Position numbers and translations under genes: made by a program. Shown piece after piece: positions 30,069-38,002 of a stretch of 64,000 nt of DNA. A model generated the notes under the pieces. The model searched no databases. It was not told the DNA's origin and saw nothing but the letters and a program-made list of their open reading frames with translations. Source of the DNA: a virus; the IMG/VR virus record IMGVR_UViG_3300035180_002210, positions 8,035-72,034 of that record. One strand, written 5' to 3'. Each line of letters opens with the position of its first letter. Position 1 is the stretch's first letter.

Positions 30069-30661
30069 AGCTCGATTTCATGACCAAGATATTGATAGTG
30101 GCTACCGCAATCATAATCGGTACGCTTACTTTCTTCGTGACGAAAGGGATCTACTACAAGGCGCCGGTTCAGCCGCCACCGCCGATGATAAAGATTGATA
30201 CCGTAACCGTGACGGTTTACCAGTCTTTTCCGCCGATTGTGATACATGGCAAGATTGATACCTTTTATGTTTATGTAACATTGGACGGGAAGCCAACGCA
30301 GCAGATAACAGCCGAGGCCGATACTTCCATAGTTGACCAAGGCGATACGCTCAATATTTCCACCCGATACATCTTTCCGCCGGATAATCTGTTCAAGACA
30401 AACGTGAGCTGGCTGAAGCATACGCGGGAGATTCACACCACGACCACGAACTATGAAGTGAAGGAAGTCCCGGGAAAGCCCGATCTGTTTGATATGGGAA
30501 TAATGGGTGAGTTAGCATATCCGAATTTTACCGTTGAACCCGAGCTTTACGCAGCGCTAAACCTGGGTAAAAACAGTTATTGGGCCGGTGTAAGCGGCAA
30601 ATGGAGCAACCAGCGGATAAACCCGATCTACAAGCTGGGCGCGAAGTTCAGCTTCTTCTAA
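30065..30661 (+). CDS. Membrane-anchored beta-rich protein; candidate single-chain spanin
   Basis: N-terminal TM, Pro-rich linker, KIDT beta repeats, amphipathic C-terminal strands ending YKLGAKFSFF. Confidence 0.5.
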   Translation: MKLDFMTKILIVATAIIIGTLTFFVTKGIYYKAPVQPPPPMIKIDTVTVTVYQSFPPIVIHGKIDTFYVYVTLDGKPTQQITAEADTSIVDQGDTLNISTRYIFPPDNLFKTNVSWLKHTREIHTTTTNYEVKEVPGKPDLFDMGIMGELAYPNFTVEPELYAALNLGKNSYWAGVSGKWSNQRINPIYKLGAKFSFF

Positions 30662-30682
30662 AAAGACAATTCATTTTTTAAC

Positions 30683-30737
30683 AAAGGCCTCCCCACCTGC
30701 AAAGGCATAGGTACGTAAAGCGGGCGGCCTTTTTTTA
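30683..30737 (+). terminator. Intrinsic terminator ending the portal-polyvalent operon
   Basis: AAAGGCC...GGCCTTT stem followed by a T run. Confidence 0.6.
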
Positions 30738-30797
30738 TTTCTGCCAGTCATCCCCCTTGTCAATCCGAATCTACAACTCCCCCGTACTTAAAGTAAT

Positions 30798-30843
30798 TAG
30801 TGCAAAAAACAGACTAAATAATGATTCCTAAACGGCTTAGTTT
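30798..30843 (+). promoter_or_regulatory. Late promoter element 3 (before protease/capsid)
   Basis: TAGTGCAAAAAACAGACTAAA identical to 43716-43736; TAGTTT 40 nt after the motif start. Confidence 0.7.
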
Positions 30844-30869
30844 CACGCTATATGAAGAAACTATTTTAA

Positions 30870-32363
30870 ATGCACAACACAAGTAAAGACGAGTTCAGTT
30901 TTTTTGCCGACGAAGCCTACCTGGTTAAAAGCGGTGATGCCAAAAGCCACAAGTTTGGCGGCTGCTTTACTACTGAGGACCGGGACATTGACGGAGAAAT
31001 CCTCGACGCGGACGGCATGGATATTACTTCGTACTTCATGAACGGCTGGGGTAAGATAAAATATGAGCACCCGGATTACCTTGATACCTTCATAGGCGCG
31101 CCTACCAAAGTCTGGCGGAATGGGAAGAAGACCTACTTCGAAGCAGAATTCTACCATTTCCATGATATTCCGGATGATATGTTGAACACGCAGCAGAAAG
31201 CAGCCAAGCAGGCTTATGACTTGCTCAAGAACACCGAAGAGTGGAACCGGCTGCACCCTGAAGCGCCTAAGCAGAAAATTGGTTACAGTGTTGAGGGTGA
31301 GTGGCGGAAAAAGGACAAGGATGAAAAGACCGGCAGGATCAAAAAATCCAGACTGGTAAATGTTGTACTTACAACGAAGCCAAGGAACCGCGGTACGGAA
31401 GCAGTTTTGAAATCAATGGAAGTAGGGTATGCACACGGCATAACGGACCAGACGGGGTTTGGAGCGACACGCCTTTCATCCATTCAAAGAGATAAGAAGC
31501 AAATTAAAAAATCAGCCGATACGGACGATGACAGTCTGGTAGATATGACTGAATCTATTAACAATTCATTCATTAAAATCATTAAGGAGCATATTCCTAT
31601 GAAAAAGTTCAAAGACAAAAAAGAGTGCCATGAGTATTACAAAAGCTTAGGGCTCGACGACGACGAAGCCGGAATGCTTGCCGATAAGTGGGAAAAACAC
31701 GAATCAGGCGAAGGCAAGGAAAAGGAAGAGTTAGAGCGCAAGAAGAAAGAAGAAGCGGAAAAGAACGAGAAAGTTGAAAAATCGCTTGGTATTTCCGATA
31801 TGCGGGCCAGCCTGGAAGCAATCCAGTCCCTGGTTAAAGCGCGTCCTTCCTTCACGGTAGAAGAGTTTGAAGGGAAACTTTCAAAATCGGTTAAAGTGAA
31901 CGCCAAAGGCGAAGTTGAGGACATTACCCCCTATTTCAAAGAGAAAGAGAAAATGGATATTGCCATCCTCGAAACTCTGGTTGGGCTGAACGACAAACTT
32001 GATCTGTTCGCAAAATCAATGGGACTTTTAGTTGCGGGTACGGTTCAAATGGCTAAATCGGTTGGGACAACCATTCAGTTTAGCGAATTGAACGCGAAAG
32101 CCGCAGTAAAAATGCTGAAATCAAGCTCGATGAGCCTTGGTCTATCAACAGACAATCTCGACGATCACACCATTGACGATAACAACAGAATGGAAAAATC
32201 GTTAGGCAGCGACCTTAAAAAAGGAGAAGTGATTGAAATACTCGACAAGTTACGCCAGGCAGGCAAAGTTGACCGGTTAACTGTTTCCCGCGCGGAAGTT
32301 GGCGAGATTGACGATAGGACCATGCAGATGGTGAAATCGAACCGGAATCTGTTACACAAATAA
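30870..32363 (+). CDS. Prohead protease fused to scaffold
   Basis: TTEDRDIDGEI...G.IKYEH...IGAP...IGYSVEG...VVLTTKPRN protease motifs; charged helical C-terminal half with many xxKS motifs. Confidence 0.85.
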   Translation: MHNTSKDEFSFFADEAYLVKSGDAKSHKFGGCFTTEDRDIDGEILDADGMDITSYFMNGWGKIKYEHPDYLDTFIGAPTKVWRNGKKTYFEAEFYHFHDIPDDMLNTQQKAAKQAYDLLKNTEEWNRLHPEAPKQKIGYSVEGEWRKKDKDEKTGRIKKSRLVNVVLTTKPRNRGTEAVLKSMEVGYAHGITDQTGFGATRLSSIQRDKKQIKKSADTDDDSLVDMTESINNSFIKIIKEHIPMKKFKDKKECHEYYKSLGLDDDEAGMLADKWEKHESGEGKEKEELERKKKEEAEKNEKVEKSLGISDMRASLEAIQSLVKARPSFTVEEFEGKLSKSVKVNAKGEVEDITPYFKEKEKMDIAILETLVGLNDKLDLFAKSMGLLVAGTVQMAKSVGTTIQFSELNAKAAVKMLKSSSMSLGLSTDNLDDHTIDDNNRMEKSLGSDLKKGEVIEILDKLRQAGKVDRLTVSRAEVGEIDDRTMQMVKSNRNLLHK

Positions 32364-32432
32364 GCAAACAAGTTTCACACGAATTATAATTAACAAATAG
32401 AAACTTAAACTAATTAATTACGGAGTTTAATC

Positions 32433-33845
32433 ATGGATCAGGATATCCTTTCCTTCGGGCCCAGCAGCAATCCGGAAATTGCCGCTTTACAGAAAGCCCT
32501 GACGGTCGGTTACGACCACGCAATAACCGATCAGACCGGTTTTGGAGCTACCAGGCTCCAATCCATCCAAAATACCCTTGTATGGGCGATTGAGGATGAA
32601 ACCCAGTCGAGATTCTGGATCTCGCTGCGGAAAACAAAAGCGAAATCCTTAATTGAGGAATACGCCAAATTGAATTACATCGGCGATGCTTCGTTCTACG
32701 CTGAGGGTGGAATACCCGAAGAGTACAATGAAGATCTGTCAAGAGACTTCGAGCCCGTCAAATTTGTTGGCGCGGTTGGAACAGTCCCTTTGACTATCGA
32801 CGTTGTTGATTCAATCACCGATAACGAATTATTGGTGATGAAAGCAAAAGCCACGGCTATTGTAAGAACCTGCAATCTGAAAACCATCTTCGGCAATTCA
32901 AACAACATTCCTTTGGAATGGAACGGGCTGGTAGAGCAGTTTTACCGCAAGGTAAAGAACCCGACGCAGAACGTTATTGACTGCCGCGGACAGGTACTTG
33001 ACATCAACAACATGGCCGAAGCTGCTAAGATAATCGCCTATAACTACGGCGACAGAAACAATTTGAAATTTTGGATGAGCAACGGCGCGTTTACGAACTA
33101 CGCCAAAGAGCTGATCAAGAACAAAACCTATTTTGTAAACGGGCGTCAGATCAATGAAATTGTTGCCGTACCTAAAACCATTGAAATTGGTGATAACGGT
33201 AAGGGAACGATTGAAACCGATCTCCACTTCCAGTTCAGAGGCCAGACGAACATTAACGACTTATGGCCGCGCCTGAACTCAAACAAGAGTGACTTTGCAG
33301 CCACAACAGCAAAATGCCCGGCAACGCTTTCCGGCGGTACCGCAACGGCTACCGTTGTTGCTGATCCACACAGCAAGCTTGACGGCGGCGTATATGACTA
33401 TTGCTTTATTCCGGTTAACCAGTATGGCGCCGGCAAAGGCTTTGAAGTCCTGAATATCTCTGTTTCCACAGGACATAACGTAACCTTCGCGCTTAGCGAC
33501 AACGGATCGGCACCCGGTTATGAAGCGACCTGCTTTGAGGTTTATAGAAAAAACACTGCACAGACAAACCTTATTGACTACCGCTACATGGCAACATTCA
33601 AAGCCAGTGCACCCAATAAAGTTGATGACGGTTCAGCCATCCCGGGAACTGAAATTGCAATTTTAGCAGACTGGAACCCCGATCAGGTGTTTGACTTCCG
33701 CCAATTGCTCCCCATGGTCCGTATGGACCTGGCACGGGTGAAGGATTCAAAACAGTGGTTACAGAAATTATACGGAACACCTTTCCTCAAAAACGCAAAC
33801 AAGGTTGTTCTGTTCACGAACGTCGGCAGCACGCCTTTATCATAA
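32433..33845 (+). CDS. Major capsid protein (SPO1/Twort-like)
   Basis: LQK|ALTVGY...TGFGATRLQSI, FYAEGG, IFGNS...EWNGL, VIDCRG, QLLPMVRMDLA, YGT...KVVLFTNVG. Confidence 0.92.
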   Translation: MDQDILSFGPSSNPEIAALQKALTVGYDHAITDQTGFGATRLQSIQNTLVWAIEDETQSRFWISLRKTKAKSLIEEYAKLNYIGDASFYAEGGIPEEYNEDLSRDFEPVKFVGAVGTVPLTIDVVDSITDNELLVMKAKATAIVRTCNLKTIFGNSNNIPLEWNGLVEQFYRKVKNPTQNVIDCRGQVLDINNMAEAAKIIAYNYGDRNNLKFWMSNGAFTNYAKELIKNKTYFVNGRQINEIVAVPKTIEIGDNGKGTIETDLHFQFRGQTNINDLWPRLNSNKSDFAATTAKCPATLSGGTATATVVADPHSKLDGGVYDYCFIPVNQYGAGKGFEVLNISVSTGHNVTFALSDNGSAPGYEATCFEVYRKNTAQTNLIDYRYMATFKASAPNKVDDGSAIPGTEIAILADWNPDQVFDFRQLLPMVRMDLARVKDSKQWLQKLYGTPFLKNANKVVLFTNVGSTPLS

Positions 33846-33867
33846 TTGCTCTACTGCTGTCCGGTTG

Positions 33868-33904
33868 GTTGCGGAGTCCTCTGAAAATAGGCTCCGCAGC
33901 TTTT
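33868..33904 (+). terminator. Terminator after the capsid gene
   Basis: GTTGCGGAGTCCT...AGGCTCCGCAGC followed by TTTT. Confidence 0.6.
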
Positions 33905-34109
33905 AATTAGTCATTTACACCGTTTTACCGGTTCTATGTAGCAGGGCAGGCCGGAAACCGGCGCGATACGAAGCTTGAACTGACGGTTTACACCTGGAAG
34001 CGAAAGTACAGATAATTCACTCAGCCTATGACGGGCAAAATTTACCCCTTCCCCTTTCTTCGCGGAGAGGGGAAGGCCAATATTTAATTTAATTAATCAG
34101 GAAGCAGTT

Positions 34110-34412
34110 ATGATAGTTAAAAACCCGGCCCTTGCAAACAAAACACTGATTGTTCACGAAGAAGTGCATCCGTCGAACAAAATTACTCTCGATCATGAAG
34201 GTAAAGTAGAATTAACCCATGATCAGGCAACAGCCCTTTTAACCGTGCCGGGATTTACCGAGCATGTAGAGGAAAAGGAGCAGGAACAGAAGGTTCCCCA
34301 GGAACCCAAAACACCGGCAGAAGCGAAAGCGGCTGCAGCAGCAAAAGGCGGCAAAAAAGGGAAGGCGACAGACGAACCAAAAACACCGGCAGAAGAAACC
34401 GTACAAGAGTAA
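34110..34412 (+). CDS. Small head-associated protein following the capsid gene
   Basis: MIVKNPALAN...ITLDHEG...LLTVPGF then Lys/Ala/Glu tail with EPKTPAE twice. Confidence 0.7.
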   Translation: MIVKNPALANKTLIVHEEVHPSNKITLDHEGKVELTHDQATALLTVPGFTEHVEEKEQEQKVPQEPKTPAEAKAAAAAKGGKKGKATDEPKTPAEETVQE

Positions 34413-34454
34413 ACAGCCCTATGTTTCAATAACCCAGCTAAACTATGCAGAGCC

Positions 34455-35621
34455 ATGATAAAAAAACTTTTATGCGGATCCGCGCAAACACTTTTGCTCG
34501 ATTGGACCAATGTTGTAAACCTTACTAACTTCCTCACTACCGACGAAGGCGCAATACCTATTACCGTTGACGGAGAGGAAATGTTAGTTTCGCCTTTGGT
34601 TGCCAAATGGGAGATATATTTCAATCTCTTTGACGAGGACGGGCAGGCAGTAACCGATGCAGCGGGGAATCCGATCAAGGCGATCAAGTTTGACTTTGAC
34701 ACCGACAAAAATCAATTCTCGAAATCAATTACGATAAATGAATCGACACCGAACCAGTATGTACGGTTGTATGTCTATTCATCGGACGTTGATATTGCGG
34801 ACGGGGCCCAGCCGGAGGATTATAAGCTTGAAAAACTTGAAGTTGCGGCAATGGGTACTGAATTGGTACCGGTTAGTTATTTCATTGACTTCATATTGAG
34901 CCCGGAAACGAAGCTGGACCCCGCATACGCGGAGGCGGTTGCTTCATACGCGAAGAATAACCGACCGGGAATCAAATCATTTTTACGCAGCGCAGAATCG
35001 CGCCTGGAGAGCAAGACAAAGTTGTTTTTCCAGGAGCGGATTATTACCGAGCAGAGAGATTATTTTTTCGATCAGTACACAATCCACTTATGGCAGTTTG
35101 TTGTTGGCAGTCCGCCGATTAACGCCATTACCGATTATAAACTTCAATTTGCGAACCAGCAGATTGCAGATATAAACCCGAAATTATGCACTTATGACCG
35201 AATGATGGGCATTATTGAATTCCTTCCTTATCCGGCAGGCGAAAGTTTAGCGCTATACTCCATGCTTTTGACCAACATGAGCGCAATGGCCGTGACTGTA
35301 TTGAACGATTCGGCATTGAGCCGGATCCCTAATATGTTCGTTTGCAGTTACCGAACCGGACTTGTTTTCCCGGGTTGTGACGAAGGCGAGAAGGAGAGCA
35401 TACGGCAGGCCATTTGTAAGAAGGCGTTCAAAGCTTCCATTCCAATAATTGATCCGGGTATTCGCCAGACGTCGAGGACGGAAGGGATAGACGGGACTTC
35501 CTCTTCCCGTAATTATGGCGGGTATGATAAGCTGCTTGAGCGGATAGACAAAGAGGAAGATGAGTTCGTGTTTGACCTGATGAAAAAATACGGGAAACTT
35601 GCTGAAATGGTGGTTGTATAA
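34455..35621 (+). CDS. Head-tail adaptor (neck) protein
   Basis: AESRLE...EQRDY...SRTEGIDGTSSS...Y..RI pattern; position after capsid. Confidence 0.7.
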   Translation: MIKKLLCGSAQTLLLDWTNVVNLTNFLTTDEGAIPITVDGEEMLVSPLVAKWEIYFNLFDEDGQAVTDAAGNPIKAIKFDFDTDKNQFSKSITINESTPNQYVRLYVYSSDVDIADGAQPEDYKLEKLEVAAMGTELVPVSYFIDFILSPETKLDPAYAEAVASYAKNNRPGIKSFLRSAESRLESKTKLFFQERIITEQRDYFFDQYTIHLWQFVVGSPPINAITDYKLQFANQQIADINPKLCTYDRMMGIIEFLPYPAGESLALYSMLLTNMSAMAVTVLNDSALSRIPNMFVCSYRTGLVFPGCDEGEKESIRQAICKKAFKASIPIIDPGIRQTSRTEGIDGTSSSRNYGGYDKLLERIDKEEDEFVFDLMKKYGKLAEMVVV

Positions 35622-35893
35622 TGAAACTTTTTGGTAAAAGCATCGGCCAGGAACACGAAGCGCAGCCGGAAGTAAAAAGGCTGGCTGAAAAGGAAGAAGT
35701 AACCAGGACGGCTAAACCGCACTTATACAGGCGGAAAAGCGAGATAGAGCGGTTGACCGAGAAAGAAAAGAAAATGGCTGCCAAAGAAGGCAATGAGCAT
35801 TCAGGTACGTTCGCGAAATTCAAAGCGGGTAAGATCAAAACGCAGCAGGACCTTTTGAAGAAAGAAAAAGCCGGTCAGGAGCCGGTCCAATGA
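35621..35893 (+). CDS. Small charged protein beginning MKLFGK|S; candidate internal head protein
   Basis: TAATG coupling; shares the LFGKS tag with polyvalent protein 3. Confidence 0.65.
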   Translation: MKLFGKSIGQEHEAQPEVKRLAEKEEVTRTAKPHLYRRKSEIERLTEKEKKMAAKEGNEHSGTFAKFKAGKIKTQQDLLKKEKAGQEPVQ

Positions 35894-36077
35894 AATTATA
35901 ATTAACAGGATCGTTATGAAAAAAATATTTCTTATTCTCGTTTTATTGGATCTTCCTGCTTTCGGGCAGATATTTACCTATCTGAAGGCCAAAGAGAGTT
36001 TATAATAATTTAATAACGAAGTGAGAGAACATGACAGCACCGGCTTATAAATTGAATATTTCGTCACGGTTACTAAA

Positions 36078-36482
36078 ATGCAAGAAATAATATTTGATAT
36101 GGAACATTATGCTACGTCAATAATTGGCGGACTTGTCGGCGTTATCACCGTAATTATAGGCTTTGTGAGCCGTGACTTTAACGAACGACTAAAATTAGTT
36201 GATAAACGGTCGCAGGAAATTGAGACTAACTATCTTTCAAGGTTCGCTGATATAAAAGACCGTATTTCCGAAACTACACTGTCCCTAAGCACGGAAATAT
36301 ACGAAACAAAACACGAAATATTAAACGCTATGATGAAATTTACTGAGGCAAGTGCTAAAGTCCAGGAAGTTAACAGAGATAGGTATGCTGACAAAGCACA
36401 AGTGGATAAAGACCTGCAAGGCTTAAACGAGCGTATTCACGAGAATAAAACAGACATTCAAAAATTATCAGAAAGGCTATAA
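36078..36482 (+). CDS. Single-TM plus coiled-coil protein in the lysis cassette (holin/antiholin-like)
   Basis: IIGGLVGVITVIIGFV then coiled coil; precedes holin. Confidence 0.55.
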   Translation: MQEIIFDMEHYATSIIGGLVGVITVIIGFVSRDFNERLKLVDKRSQEIETNYLSRFADIKDRISETTLSLSTEIYETKHEILNAMMKFTEASAKVQEVNRDRYADKAQVDKDLQGLNERIHENKTDIQKLSERL

Positions 36483-36483
36483 G

Positions 36484-36735
36484 ATGAACGCAAAAGTAAA
36501 AGACCTGTATATGTATGTTTTGGGCGCAATTGTAGTGCTTGGAGCATTTATTATCGTAGGTATGATGATTTACCATGAAGTGCCCGCGGGCTCAAAAGAC
36601 ACGATTAATATTGCAATCGGAATTCTTCTCGGCCTGGCAGGTGCCGTTGTTCAATACTTTTATGGCAGTTCCAAAAGCAGTAGTGACAAAAACGATTTGC
36701 TGGCTGGTAAAGTACCTGAAGAAAAGACTGAATAA
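36484..36735 (+). CDS. Holin
   Basis: Two TM helices, VVQYFYGSSKSS..K tail, directly before endolysin. Confidence 0.8.
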   Translation: MNAKVKDLYMYVLGAIVVLGAFIIVGMMIYHEVPAGSKDTINIAIGILLGLAGAVVQYFYGSSKSSSDKNDLLAGKVPEEKTE

Positions 36736-37301
36736 TGACGATCTATGAACTGAAACAGATTGCGCCAAACGCTCACTCTCCGGAAGTATTTCTACCTATT
36801 CTCGAAGCATCGTTTGATAAGTATGGAATAAATACTCCGGAACGTCAGGCTTGTTTTATTGCTCAGGTACTTCACGAATCAGGCGAGTTCCGGTACACCA
36901 AAGAAATTGCATCCGGTAAAGAGTATGAAGGGCGTACAGATTTAGGGAACACGGTTGCCGGTGACGGTGTCCGGTATAAAGGCCGTGGCGCAATACAGGT
37001 AACAGGAAGAGCAAATTATTATGCGTGTTCCATGTATTTGTTTGGTGATGACAGGTTGGTGCAACATCCGGAATTACTTGAACAGCCTGAGTACGCAATC
37101 GCTTCCGCTTGTTGGTTCTGGAACTCTCGTAAACTATCTGACATTGCAGATGTTCCCGAAGGATGGACACACACTTGGAAGGGTAACGTTTACGATCACT
37201 TCCAATGGATCACAATTCGCATAAATGGCGGACTTAACGGTTATAGCCGGAGATTACAGTATTATACCAAAGCGAAGGCGGTATTAAAAAATGCTGCGTA
37301 A
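36735..37301 (+). CDS. Glycoside hydrolase family 19 endolysin
   Basis: FIAQVLHESG, YEGRTDLGN, GDGVRYKGRGAIQVTGRANY, SACWFW, INGGLNG. Confidence 0.92.
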   Translation: MTIYELKQIAPNAHSPEVFLPILEASFDKYGINTPERQACFIAQVLHESGEFRYTKEIASGKEYEGRTDLGNTVAGDGVRYKGRGAIQVTGRANYYACSMYLFGDDRLVQHPELLEQPEYAIASACWFWNSRKLSDIADVPEGWTHTWKGNVYDHFQWITIRINGGLNGYSRRLQYYTKAKAVLKNAA

Positions 37302-37318
37302 CATAATTTACATTTAAC

Positions 37319-38002
37319 ATGCCACTACGCATAACGGATCCCAATTTTACCGATATTATGACCATCTACGGGTTGGACGCATGGTATTATCATGCGCGGC
37401 TTTGCAGTTGTGTAGGCGCTAATAACGGAGTTCCGGATTCAAGTGATGATTGTGAAATGGGATTCAGGTACAGCGCACCGGAGAAGGTCCGCCTGCAGAG
37501 AACGCAGACTACCAAGAAAACGCTTAACACCCCATCCGGAGTAATACCGGACGGGGCCATCACCCTGACAGTTCCTAAATACTGGAAGAAGAAATTACAG
37601 AATGCCTGGGTGACTGCTGCTCATGGTGACGTTTATTCATTGATTGGTAAATCACAGGTAGCAAGGGATATTTTGAAACGCGGGGTACGCGACCGGATAT
37701 TCGCGTTTGATATACAGAAAATCCTATCGGTAGCGATAAAAGATACGTTTTATATACAAGGGACTGATTTTACCCTGCAAGACCGGACAATAGTCTGGGC
37801 GGAGGATAAGGGCCCGGAGGACGGAGCCTTTTATTCGGTTGAGTTTTTATGCAACCAGCAGTACCGGCAATATGACACGGACGCCTTCGACCGCGGTGGT
37901 GACGGCGATGATTTGCCAAAGAGAATTAATGCAGTGATCCGGCAGTACGTAAATCCGGATGATAACCCGCTTGACGCGGTAGACACCAAGGAGAATATCT
38001 AA
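37319..38002 (+). CDS. Head-closure/neck protein
   Basis: LCSC...C..GFRY, GAITLT, YIQGTDF...IVW...GP..G..YSV. Confidence 0.65.
   Translation: MPLRITDPNFTDIMTIYGLDAWYYHARLCSCVGANNGVPDSSDDCEMGFRYSAPEKVRLQRTQTTKKTLNTPSGVIPDGAITLTVPKYWKKKLQNAWVTAAHGDVYSLIGKSQVARDILKRGVRDRIFAFDIQKILSVAIKDTFYIQGTDFTLQDRTIVWAEDKGPEDGAFYSVEFLCNQQYRQYDTDAFDRGGDGDDLPKRINAVIRQYVNPDDNPLDAVDTKENI

Noticed and set aside
11890-32402. 15-bp repeat AATTAACAAATAGAA before the DnaB-N and capsid genes (11890, 32388)
   Set aside because: Low-complexity A-rich leader sequence, plausibly a translation enhancer; not enough to call a separate element
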